64,000 bases of DNA from Candidatus Micrarchaeia archaeon (GTDB lineage Archaea > Micrarchaeota > Micrarchaeia > Micrarchaeales > CABMGC01): contig JBMFHL010000001.1 of NCBI GenBank assembly GCA_049976845.1, forward strand, positions 3,773-67,772, in the 5' to 3' direction. Below are positions 55,298-63,552 of the stretch, piece by piece (the first letter of the stretch is position 1; the number at the start of each line of letters is the position of its first letter). The translations under genes and the position numbers were made by a program. The notes under the pieces were generated by a model. It was not told the origin of the DNA and made no database searches. It saw only the letters and a list, made by a program, of their open reading frames with translations.

Positions 55298-56503
55298 ATG
55301 AAGATTGCAATAGTCTCCGACTTCCATCTTGGATACGAAAAATTTTTTGAAGATGCATACAACCAAGCATATGAAGCCCTTAAAGAAGCGCGCCAAGAAG
55401 CAGACATGATAATAGTACCAGGAGACATATTCGATAACAGATCACCCAAGCCCGAAGTTCTTGCACAAGGCATAAACATATTCAGAAGTATAGGCAATTG
55501 GAAATGGGAAGCAAAGATAACCTCTTACATTGGAGAAAGGAAAATATACACTACAATACCAATAATAGCCATACCTGGGACACATGAGCGAAGGTCCGAA
55601 AAATCTGAGAATGCGGTGGAACTCCTAAGCCTTGCAGGCCTGCTTGCAAATGTTAGTGAGGCATGCGCCATAGTTGAAAAAAACGGAGAGAAAGTGGCAG
55701 TCTATGGAATAGGCGGCATTTCAGAAGAGAGATTTGGAGAAACTCTGAAGAAGCTTGATCCAAAGCCTGTAGAAGGAGCATTCAATATATTTGTATTTCA
55801 CCAGTCCGTATACGAGCTTATGCCTTTTAGCAAGGATTTTATCAAATTCGAAGAATTACCAAAAGGCTTCGACCTGTATATAGACGGGCATATACATAAC
55901 AAGGTAGAGGGTAAGGTGCACGGCAAGCCTTTTCTAATCCCTGGTAGCACTGTGCTCACCCAGCTAAAAGAGAGCGAGCTTGAAAAAAAAGGTTTTTTTG
56001 TCTTTGACACAGAAAAACTAAGCTATTCCTTCCATGAAATAAATTCGCGTGGCTTCCACTTGATAAAAGTAGACGTAACGGGCAGAACTCCAAACGAAAT
56101 AATAGAAGAAGCAGACAAAAAAATAAACAATACGTTAGAGCAGTACAAAGAAAGCGTGCCTATAATAAGGGTCGTACTTTCTGGAAATGCACCTGAGAGT
56201 TTCAGGCAGAACGACTTTGATATACGCGCCTTAATAAAAAAATATGAGAATAAAGTGCTATTGGACATAAGCAAGGACATAGATGATAGTGGCGTTAAAT
56301 TGGAGATCGATGGGCTCAGGAGCGGATCTATAGAAAATCTCTCTATAAAGGACTATGGCTTAAGCATATTCTTGGAGAAACTTGCCTCGAAAGGATATAA
56401 TCTAAGAGTAAAATCTTCTGAGCTCTTCGACATTCTGAGTTCTGAAAAAAATAAAGAAAAAGTTATTGACAAGGCGATGGAAGAGCTGTTTAGCAAAAAA
56501 TAG
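55298..56503 (+). CDS. mre11: Mre11/SbcD-family metallophosphoesterase nuclease
   Basis: Calcineurin-like motifs are present: IVSDFHLG, VPGDIFD, IPGTHER (a variant of GNHD), VFHQSV and IDGHIHN. Confidence 0.65.
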   Translation: MKIAIVSDFHLGYEKFFEDAYNQAYEALKEARQEADMIIVPGDIFDNRSPKPEVLAQGINIFRSIGNWKWEAKITSYIGERKIYTTIPIIAIPGTHERRSEKSENAVELLSLAGLLANVSEACAIVEKNGEKVAVYGIGGISEERFGETLKKLDPKPVEGAFNIFVFHQSVYELMPFSKDFIKFEELPKGFDLYIDGHIHNKVEGKVHGKPFLIPGSTVLTQLKESELEKKGFFVFDTEKLSYSFHEINSRGFHLIKVDVTGRTPNEIIEEADKKINNTLEQYKESVPIIRVVLSGNAPESFRQNDFDIRALIKKYENKVLLDISKDIDDSGVKLEIDGLRSGSIENLSIKDYGLSIFLEKLASKGYNLRVKSSELFDILSSEKNKEKVIDKAMEELFSKK

Positions 56504-56505
56504 GG

Positions 56506-57891
56506 CTATAAGTCTCTGTCTATATACTCCTTATACTTCAAAAGCTTGGTTAGAGAGGATGTTGCTGCCATAGGCGAATCATATACAGGTAGTCCAGAGC
56601 TTTCCATCATAGTCTTGTGCGTTTGCGTATAATCAGAACCCGCAGTAATGACTACCATTGGTTTTGAAATCTTCTTCTTGTAGTATATGAGCTTTGAAGC
56701 AACAGTCGAATCAGCGCCTGGCGTCTGGAATAATGCAATTACAATAAGCATATCTACATTAGGGTCATTTGTAACCAAGGACAACGCATTATCATATCTA
56801 ACCTCATCAGCATCTCCAGCCAGGTCTAGCGGATTTCTTATGTTTACAAGGCTCGGCAAAACCTTCCTCAAGGCCACTTTAGTGTTCTCGCTGAAATCTG
56901 CAAGTTCAAGTCCTTCTAAGTAAACAGAGTCTGCAGTAAGCACACCAGTACCACCGCCGTTTGTTATTATTGCAACTCTCTTTCCTAGCGGTAGGGGCTC
57001 TGTAGAGAAAGCCTTTGCAAAATAAAGGAGTTCGCTCAGATCCTTAGCAATTATAAACCCAAATTGTCTGAACACTGCTTCATATGCCTGGCTGTTTCCA
57101 GCAAGCGAAGCTGTATGCGAATGTGCCGCAGCAGCACCAGCATCAGTCATCCCTCCTTTTATTATAATGACTGGTTTTACCTTAGTGATTTTTTTTGCAA
57201 TCTCTATAAACTCCTTTCCCCTCTTCACGCCTTCTATGTACATGACTATTACACGGGTCTCCTTATCGTGCAACAAGTATTCTAATATGTCTACTTCATC
57301 TACATAAGCCGCATTCCCATATGAAATGAATTTTGCCAGACCAAAGCCCTCCTTTGCAATCAAATCAAGTACTGTGCTACCGACAGCGCCGCTCTGTGAT
57401 ACGAAGCTAACATTACCGCTTTTAGGTCTGCTTAGCTTATAAGTAGGCAAGAACAGCGTATCTACCCTAGATGAAGGGTCCATGATACCTAAGCAGTTTG
57501 GCCCAAGCATAGCAATATTGTACTTTTTTGCTATTTCGACAATCTTATCTTGAAGTGCAACCTCTCCTATCTCTGCAAATCCCCCACTTACCACGACAGC
57601 AGTTTTGACGCCAGCTTTCCCACACTCCTCGAGTGCATCTGGTACTGCTGGCGCCGGAATTGAAATAACTGCAAGGTCTATGCTCTTTTTCACTTCTAAA
57701 ACGCTTTTATAAACCTTCAAGCCAACAATAGTCTCTGAACCGGCGTTTCTATTTATTGGATATAGTGCACCAGAATAGCCCGCATCTATATAATTCTGAA
57801 GTATTATGTGTCCCACCTTATCAGGGTCTCTCGATGCTCCTATAATTGCAACACTCTTTGGGTTCATCATAGGCTTAAGGTCCATTCTCAT
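56506..57891 (-). CDS. acdA: ADP-forming acetyl-CoA synthetase, alpha subunit
   Basis: A CoA-binding N-terminus (KSVAIIGASRDPDKVGH), ligase-CoA domains and a phosphohistidine loop (AAAAHSHTASLAG) are present. Confidence 0.85.
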   Translation of the reverse strand: MRMDLKPMMNPKSVAIIGASRDPDKVGHIILQNYIDAGYSGALYPINRNAGSETIVGLKVYKSVLEVKKSIDLAVISIPAPAVPDALEECGKAGVKTAVVVSGGFAEIGEVALQDKIVEIAKKYNIAMLGPNCLGIMDPSSRVDTLFLPTYKLSRPKSGNVSFVSQSGAVGSTVLDLIAKEGFGLAKFISYGNAAYVDEVDILEYLLHDKETRVIVMYIEGVKRGKEFIEIAKKITKVKPVIIIKGGMTDAGAAAAHSHTASLAGNSQAYEAVFRQFGFIIAKDLSELLYFAKAFSTEPLPLGKRVAIITNGGGTGVLTADSVYLEGLELADFSENTKVALRKVLPSLVNIRNPLDLAGDADEVRYDNALSLVTNDPNVDMLIVIALFQTPGADSTVASKLIYYKKKISKPMVVITAGSDYTQTHKTMMESSGLPVYDSPMAATSSLTKLLKYKEYIDRDL

Positions 57892-57899
57892 GCAAACAC

Positions 57900-58517
57900 T
57901 TATTTTATTATTCTAATGTCGACAACATCATATCCGTCTTCTCTAACAATCACCGGATTCAAATCCAGTTCGCTAATACTATTCTCTTCAATCATCCTTG
58001 AAACCTTCATGAGCATGCTTGTAAGCTCATTTTCGGCTTTGCCATTATAAGTAACTATATCCTTAGATTTAAGTTGCCTTATCATCTCAACAGCATCATA
58101 CCTCGTGATTGGACAAACTCTAACAGCAAAATCCCTGAAAGATTCTACAAATATACCTCCAAGCCCTATAAGAAGCAGTTTTCCAAACTGCTGGTCCTCC
58201 CTTCCTCCTATTATTACCTCTATGCCAGATCCTGCCATCTTCTGTGCAAGAATCTTATACGGCGCATATGCATGCGCCCTCTTTGACAGCTCGCCAAAAG
58301 CCTTGCGTATACTCTCGCTGCCAGAAATATTCAACATAACAAGTCCTGCCTTCGACTTGTGCAATGCCTTTTCAGATATTGCCTTCAGGGCTATTGCACC
58401 TCCAACTTTGCTTGAAAATTCAATAGCCGATTCAGTATCTTTCACATATGCGCTCTCAATGCTACTAATCCCATATCTGTCTAGTAGCTTTTTTGCATTC
58501 ATATACTCCAAGAGCAT
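57900..58517 (-). CDS. acdB: ADP-forming acetyl-CoA synthetase, beta subunit (ATP-grasp)
   Basis: ATP-grasp sequence is present (AKKLLDRYGI...IALKAIS...HKSKAGLV...LAQKM...GIEVIIGG..D..FG). It lies immediately upstream of acdA. Confidence 0.8.
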   Translation of the reverse strand: MLLEYMNAKKLLDRYGISSIESAYVKDTESAIEFSSKVGGAIALKAISEKALHKSKAGLVMLNISGSESIRKAFGELSKRAHAYAPYKILAQKMAGSGIEVIIGGREDQQFGKLLLIGLGGIFVESFRDFAVRVCPITRYDAVEMIRQLKSKDIVTYNGKAENELTSMLMKVSRMIEENSISELDLNPVIVREDGYDVVDIRIIK

Positions 58518-58525
58518 GAAAATCC

Positions 58526-59197
58526 CTATATTATCCCATATTTGTAGAGGAACAAGGCAATTAATACTATTACTAGAACCAAAATAACAGCCACATTCTT
58601 CATCTTGCGCTTCGGCCTAGCTTTTGCGAGTGCTTCTTTTATTGCCGCCTCTTCGTCTACCTGCAATTTGTTATGATCCTTTGGCTCCTGTTTCTGCTGT
58701 GAATTTAAACCTCCAGCAACAACCTGTGCCTGTGGGGTCGCAGTTGTCTGGATTTTCAAAAATCCTTTCTCAGTAAGCATCATGTCGACGCTGCCATTTT
58801 TGAGTTCGTAAGTCATGTACTCCTGCTTGTACAGTTTGTATAATCTCAATGCCAGATCCTTAGGCCTTAGGTTTAAGGTAGTGCTTAGTTCATTTGGCAG
58901 CCTCTTGCCTGCAGAAAGCTGTGTGAGTATTGTGCCATCAAGATTGTCAAAGGGCTCGGCACTTCTCGTATTAGCTTCGTTTATAAGATTTTTCCCTGCA
59001 TCTGTAAGGACCATGCCATTTGGTCCAGGATAATTTGATGTAAAATCAATTAAGCCTTTTTGCTTAAGAGTTCCTGCTATGTTTGACGCATCGAAGAAAC
59101 TTGCATTTATGAGACTCCCAAATTTTTCAAGCACAGTATCAGGCGTAATCTTCAAAATGCAAGCTAAATCCATAAAATTTATTTCGTCGCTTGCCAT
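58526..59197 (-). CDS. Hypothetical tail-anchored protein with two winged-helix-like repeats
   Basis: A 223-aa ORF with a single C-terminal TM helix (VAVILVLVIVLIALFLY). It contains two helix-plus-wing-like segments (TLKQKGLIDF...MVLTDAGKNLI and LYKLYKQEYMTYE...MMLTEKGFLKI). Confidence 0.45.
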   Translation of the reverse strand: MASDEINFMDLACILKITPDTVLEKFGSLINASFFDASNIAGTLKQKGLIDFTSNYPGPNGMVLTDAGKNLINEANTRSAEPFDNLDGTILTQLSAGKRLPNELSTTLNLRPKDLALRLYKLYKQEYMTYELKNGSVDMMLTEKGFLKIQTTATPQAQVVAGGLNSQQKQEPKDHNKLQVDEEAAIKEALAKARPKRKMKNVAVILVLVIVLIALFLYKYGII

Positions 59198-59296
59198 GCA
59201 ATCAACATTACAATATATGGATAGGAAAAGTCTATGAATTTATCACACAACCTATGTGGGTTATGAGAATTCTAACTTCCTAAAAAATCAATGTAA

Positions 59297-60643
59297 GTGT
59301 TTACATATGAAAAAGGCATAAAAAGAAAGATTTTTAATAGAAAAGCGCAGAATAACATTATTGCATTAGTAGTGCATTGTCAAAGTGTTTTTTTGGAAAT
59401 ACAACTTCTTGGAGGAGCCAGCGAAGTAGGCAGGTCAGCGATACTGCTCAAAGACGAAAAGAAAATATTGCTGGATTATGGCATAAAAATTAACAATAAA
59501 ACAGAATATCCTATGCAGGCTGGAGATGTAGATTTATTCATACTTAGCCATGCACATCTGGATCACAGTGGCTTTGCCCCAGCACTATACTACTCTTCAC
59601 TCCCTACTACTATAACCACAGAGCCAACAATAAAACTAAGCGAATTGCTGATAAAGGACTCAATGAAGATAAGCAAGAGGCAGCATTCTAAGCAGAAATT
59701 TGTTAGGAGGCAGCTTCTCTCGTTCCTTGAGAAAAGTCTGCCATACGAATATGGAACGCAGATGCAGAATGACGATTATTATATAACATTATATGATGCG
59801 GGCCACATAACAGGCAGTGCAATATCATTAGTGGAAAAAATAAAGAACGGAAGGAGGCTTGTATATACTGGAGATTTTAAGATAGAACCGCAGATGCTGC
59901 AGGGCAGTGCTGACATAGTCGAAAGCGACATACTAATCACAGAATCAACATATGCAGATAAAGAGCACCCTGACAGGTCAGAGATAATCAAAAAGCTTGT
60001 AAATAATATAAGGGAAGTTCTTGATAATGGTGGCACAGCACTTGTACCTAGCTTTGCGGTTGGAAGGGCGCAAGAGATACTTGCAATTCTATATAGTCAT
60101 GGCCTTATAGACTATACTTATATAGACGGAATGGCAAAAGCTGCCACTGAAATAGTTATTAACTACCCTGAACAGACAAGAAACAAAGATCTCTTAATGA
60201 GTTCGGTAAAGAACGCCACGTGGATAGGCATGCATAGTGACAGGGCCGAAGCGCTAACAAGGCCAAGCATAATAGTTACAACTGCAGGCATGTTAACAGG
60301 GGGTCCTGTACTAAATTACATAACAAAACTAAATAACAAGTCAAAAATCTTTCTTACTGGGTATCAAGTTGAAGGTACAAACGGCAACAAGCTCCTCAAC
60401 GGCAAGCCGATAAATATAGATGGGAGGAACTATAAGATAAAAACTCCTGTGGAATTCTATGACCTTTCGGCACATGCCGGTAAATCTGACCTTTATGAAT
60501 ATGTAAGAAAAAGCAATCCAGAAACTGTCATATGCGTGCACGGAGACAAAGAAAAAACAGAATCATTTGCGGAAACCCTGAAGCTTGAAGGCTTCGATGC
60601 GCATTCGCCAAAAGTAGGAGATAAGATAGAAGTGGAATTCTAA
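59297..60643 (+). CDS. Metallo-beta-lactamase / beta-CASP ribonuclease (aCPSF2-like)
   Basis: The sequences LLGGASEVGRSAILL, ILSHAHLDHSG, DAGHITGS and ESTYA are present, with a C-terminal HGD. The start is uncertain (GTG 59297 or TTG 59393). Confidence 0.8.
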   Translation: MFTYEKGIKRKIFNRKAQNNIIALVVHCQSVFLEIQLLGGASEVGRSAILLKDEKKILLDYGIKINNKTEYPMQAGDVDLFILSHAHLDHSGFAPALYYSSLPTTITTEPTIKLSELLIKDSMKISKRQHSKQKFVRRQLLSFLEKSLPYEYGTQMQNDDYYITLYDAGHITGSAISLVEKIKNGRRLVYTGDFKIEPQMLQGSADIVESDILITESTYADKEHPDRSEIIKKLVNNIREVLDNGGTALVPSFAVGRAQEILAILYSHGLIDYTYIDGMAKAATEIVINYPEQTRNKDLLMSSVKNATWIGMHSDRAEALTRPSIIVTTAGMLTGGPVLNYITKLNNKSKIFLTGYQVEGTNGNKLLNGKPINIDGRNYKIKTPVEFYDLSAHAGKSDLYEYVRKSNPETVICVHGDKEKTESFAETLKLEGFDAHSPKVGDKIEVEF

Positions 60644-61015
60644 TTATTCCTCTCCAGGCTCAATACTGTCATCTTCTCCATCAATCTCCTCTGTTGAGCC
60701 AAGCTCCTCTTCGTTGCCCGTGCCTTTTTCAATTACTTCTATCTTGCCCCATTTGCCAGCTGAAAGCTGCGGGGTGCCTCTGAATTCACTCACATAACCA
60801 TTAGTAACCCTCACCTTGTCGCCAACAGCCACAGTTTCAATATCCTTGCCCCATACCGAGAGCACAATGCTTCCTGTGTCATCCTTCAAAGTAACATTAG
60901 CAACATTCAATCTTTTTCCATATTTTGTTACCACTTCTCTAGGCTCTTGTTTTTCTGCTACAGTAGCCTCAATAGTAACATTAGTTGCACCTGCCTTTAA
61001 CTCATTTATTTTCAT
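60644..61015 (-). CDS. ssb: Single-OB-fold ssDNA-binding protein with an acidic C-terminal tail
   Basis: An OB fold is present (NVTIEATV...RLNVANVTLKDDTGSIVLSVWG...VRVTNGYVSEFRGTPQLS), followed by the tail EEELGSTEEIDGEDDSIEPGEE. I chose ATG 61015, which has GGTGAG upstream. Confidence 0.75.
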   Translation of the reverse strand: MKINELKAGATNVTIEATVAEKQEPREVVTKYGKRLNVANVTLKDDTGSIVLSVWGKDIETVAVGDKVRVTNGYVSEFRGTPQLSAGKWGKIEVIEKGTGNEEELGSTEEIDGEDDSIEPGEE

Positions 61016-61039
61016 TAACTCACCAATAAGAACTAACAA

Positions 61040-61325
61040 GTTATATAAAAGGGATTAATTATAATAATCTTTGTTTCTGAAGAAGAGCCCAAAAAAGGTA
61101 AATTTGGTACGAACAGCAATATTTTACATCTGCATTCGAAATAAATCCCTCCATGTTATAAAACAATTCAAAATACCTATACCTATCAAAAACAATAATC
61201 AAAGCCCTTACAGGATTTCAATGCGATACATAAAGCAGCCATTTGAACCTTATTTGTATAATAAGCATACCTTCAAACAAATAGATAATTTATAATTGTT
61301 GCTTACAATTATTTAGTGGGGTTTT
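61040..61325. other. Candidate replication origin region (AT-rich intergenic spacer between ssb and orc1/cdc6)
   Basis: A 286-bp non-coding AT-rich gap lies directly upstream of orc1/cdc6. Imperfect inverted elements sharing GGATTT...AATGC (61131-61150 on the minus strand and 61211-61226 on the plus strand) flank about 60 bp of AT-rich DNA. A further AGGGATT is at 61050-61056. Confidence 0.3.
61289..61312 (+). promoter_or_regulatory. Putative orc1/cdc6 promoter: TATA-like TTTATAAT overlapping an 8-bp inverted repeat
   Basis: TTTATAAT lies at 61289-61296, about 30 nt upstream of ATG 61326. The inverted repeat ATAATTGT (61292-61299) / ACAATTAT (61305-61312) has a 5-nt spacer. Confidence 0.3.
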
Positions 61326-62573
61326 ATGGCTGAAGCATTCTCTGATTTATTAAAGGAATCAAGTATATTCGCAAACAGGGACGCACTGTCTCCGCACTAT
61401 ATGCCAAATAACCTCCTGTTTAGAGAAAAGCAGATAAGCAACATAGTCAAATATCTCACCCCTTCACTCAGGGGCGAAAGGGGCAGAAATCTCTTTATAT
61501 ATGGGAAGACAGGAACAGGGAAGACATCCTGCATGAAATACGTGATAGAGAAAGTCAAAGAGATTTCAACGGTAAAAGCAAAGATCTCCTATGTCAATTG
61601 TAGGATATACAACTCTAGATATAGGGTATTGAGTAAGCTGATGAGCGATCATTTACCTTCATATGCCAAGAGAGGCTACGGCATTGTAGACATCTATGAG
61701 AAACTCATAAACTGGATAGAAGAAGATGGCAAGGTGCTTATAGTTGTGCTAGATGAGGTAGATGTAGTAAAAGACTTAGATGACTTAATATATACGCTGA
61801 CAAGGGCAAACAGCGATATAAAAAGTGGAGGAGTAACAATTGTAGGTATATCAAACAAAATATCCTTCAAAGAAGAATTGGACCCAAGGAGCATATCAAC
61901 ACTTTATGAAAATGAACTAGTTTTCCCTCCATACAATTCTACCGAACTTGCAGCAATATTGAAGCAGAGGGCAGAAATAGGATTCAAACAGGGGGTCATA
62001 GATTCTGCTTCATTGAACCTAGCAGCCGCAATAGCAGCAAAGGAAAGCGGGGATGCAAGGCTTGCCCTAAAGATACTTTCAAAAGCAGGAGAGCTCGCCG
62101 AGGAGCACGGCATAAAGTTCATATCAACTGAAGAAGTGAACGAGGCATCAAAATCGGCAGATGAAGAAGTAGCATACGAGCTTATAAGCACATTGCCAGA
62201 ACACCAGAAACTTGTGGTCTATGCAATAGCAATCCTTACACTTCAGGGCAGCAAATACAAAAAGCTCATAGATGGAGCCGAAGCATATCTTTTCAGCGGA
62301 GAGGTATATGACAAGTATGTGGCAATAAGCAATTCAATGAACAAGGAGCCAAAGAGCTCCAGGTGGTACAGAAAATACATATCTGATCTGGAGATGCAAG
62401 GACTAATAAACACCTATGAGTCTGGTAAGGGCATAAGGGGCCACACCAAGCTGATAAAGCTAGCATATCCACCAGAAAAGATAAAATCAACAATAGAGAA
62501 AGGCCTTTTTAGGGAAAGCGAAGCGGATTCAACAGGGGGTTCTTCAGAAAGTCCAGATGACGCTTTGCATTAG
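61326..62573 (+). CDS. cdc6: Orc1/Cdc6 replication initiator
   Basis: Walker A (LFIYGKTGTGKTS), Walker B (LIVVLDEVD), sensor regions (ISNK, GDARLALKIL) and a C-terminal winged helix are present. Confidence 0.92.
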   Translation: MAEAFSDLLKESSIFANRDALSPHYMPNNLLFREKQISNIVKYLTPSLRGERGRNLFIYGKTGTGKTSCMKYVIEKVKEISTVKAKISYVNCRIYNSRYRVLSKLMSDHLPSYAKRGYGIVDIYEKLINWIEEDGKVLIVVLDEVDVVKDLDDLIYTLTRANSDIKSGGVTIVGISNKISFKEELDPRSISTLYENELVFPPYNSTELAAILKQRAEIGFKQGVIDSASLNLAAAIAAKESGDARLALKILSKAGELAEEHGIKFISTEEVNEASKSADEEVAYELISTLPEHQKLVVYAIAILTLQGSKYKKLIDGAEAYLFSGEVYDKYVAISNSMNKEPKSSRWYRKYISDLEMQGLINTYESGKGIRGHTKLIKLAYPPEKIKSTIEKGLFRESEADSTGGSSESPDDALH

Positions 62574-62587
62574 CGCAAGGAATTCAA

Positions 62588-63082
62588 ATGGAGTATTTTG
62601 ATATCTCTTATGCGAATGACAATTTGCCTAGCCTAGCGTTAAGGCTAGGATACAAGAAAATTTTTACCATAGGCAAAGAAGTTTTTTTAGTAGAGAAGGA
62701 ATCTGAAATTAAACAAAAATCGATAATCTACAGTAAAGATGCTCCAAAGCTTCTAAAGCAGAGCAAGGTTTTTGCAGTGGTAGCGGACAAGATAAATGAA
62801 GACCTAATCCAGAAGATAAAGGGCCAGGAGAAAATACTGATAATCGATGCCTCTGCAATAATACGAGCTTCTAGCGAGCCGCAAGCTGTGCAAAATATTA
62901 AGAAAGCTAGGAAGATAGTCTCCTATGCGCTGCGATCTAGGGTAAAACTGGCAATAGCATCATTCGCAAAGGACGCTCACGGGCTTATTTCAGCTGAGCA
63001 AATGATAGAGCTGGCAAAATTTTTGGGTGCAAACGAAGGGCATGCAAAAGCAATGCTCAAACAACTGGGTGCAGATCAATGA
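62588..63082 (+). CDS. rnp3: RNase P protein component 3 (Rpp30)-like, shortened
   Basis: The start is MEYFDI. The C-terminal pattern KARKIVSYALRSRVKLAIASFAKDAHGLISAEQMIELAKFLG resembles the Rpp30 TIM-barrel end. It lies directly upstream of Pop5, as in the archaeal superoperon. At 164 aa it is shorter than usual. Confidence 0.5.
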   Translation: MEYFDISYANDNLPSLALRLGYKKIFTIGKEVFLVEKESEIKQKSIIYSKDAPKLLKQSKVFAVVADKINEDLIQKIKGQEKILIIDASAIIRASSEPQAVQNIKKARKIVSYALRSRVKLAIASFAKDAHGLISAEQMIELAKFLGANEGHAKAMLKQLGADQ

Positions 63083-63423
63083 TAGCAAGGAAAAAAAGCA
63101 GATACATACTAATCGAGCTTTCAAGGCCGTTAGAAATTACATCGGCTCCAGCATATGATGAATTCATCGAAAGCATAAAAAGGAATATAGGCATGCTCGA
63201 CTTCTCAAGCATGGGCATTTACCCAATTAAAAGGTTAAGCGACAGTATATTCATATTCAAAGTGAACAGGGGATATGAGAAGAAATTCATACTTGCCTCT
63301 GCTTTTATAAGCTCACTCTCTGGATACAGCATAAGCATATATTCAATATGTACTTCAGGCACCATAAAAGCATTGCTGAAAAAATATGAAAGAAAGTATG
63401 TTGCATTAAAGCAAGCGCACTAG
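63079..63423 (+). CDS. rnp2: RNase P protein component 2 (Pop5)
   Basis: The sequences RYILIEL, IFIFKVNRGYEKKFILA and CTSGTIKAL match the Pop5 pattern (RYI.FE ... SGTIK). It overlaps the upstream gene by 4 nt. Confidence 0.7.
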   Translation: MIARKKSRYILIELSRPLEITSAPAYDEFIESIKRNIGMLDFSSMGIYPIKRLSDSIFIFKVNRGYEKKFILASAFISSLSGYSISIYSICTSGTIKALLKKYERKYVALKQAH

Positions 63424-63494
63424 CGCAGTGCCATTTGAGGCAAGCAAATTTTATTATTTTTTCATAAGCCTAATAAAATCCTCAAAACAAAAAG

Positions 63495-63502
63495 TTTATA
63501 AT
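63495..63502 (+). promoter_or_regulatory. Putative psmA TATA box (TTTATAAT preceded by an A-rich BRE-like tract)
   Basis: AAAAAGTTTATAATA lies about 50 nt upstream of ATG 63553. An AGGTGA Shine-Dalgarno motif lies 5 nt before the ATG. The same octamer occurs upstream of orc1. Confidence 0.3.
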
Positions 63503-63552
63503 ATTGCATAAACATAATTACTAAAGATTCTCATGCTTCTTAGGTGAATTTG

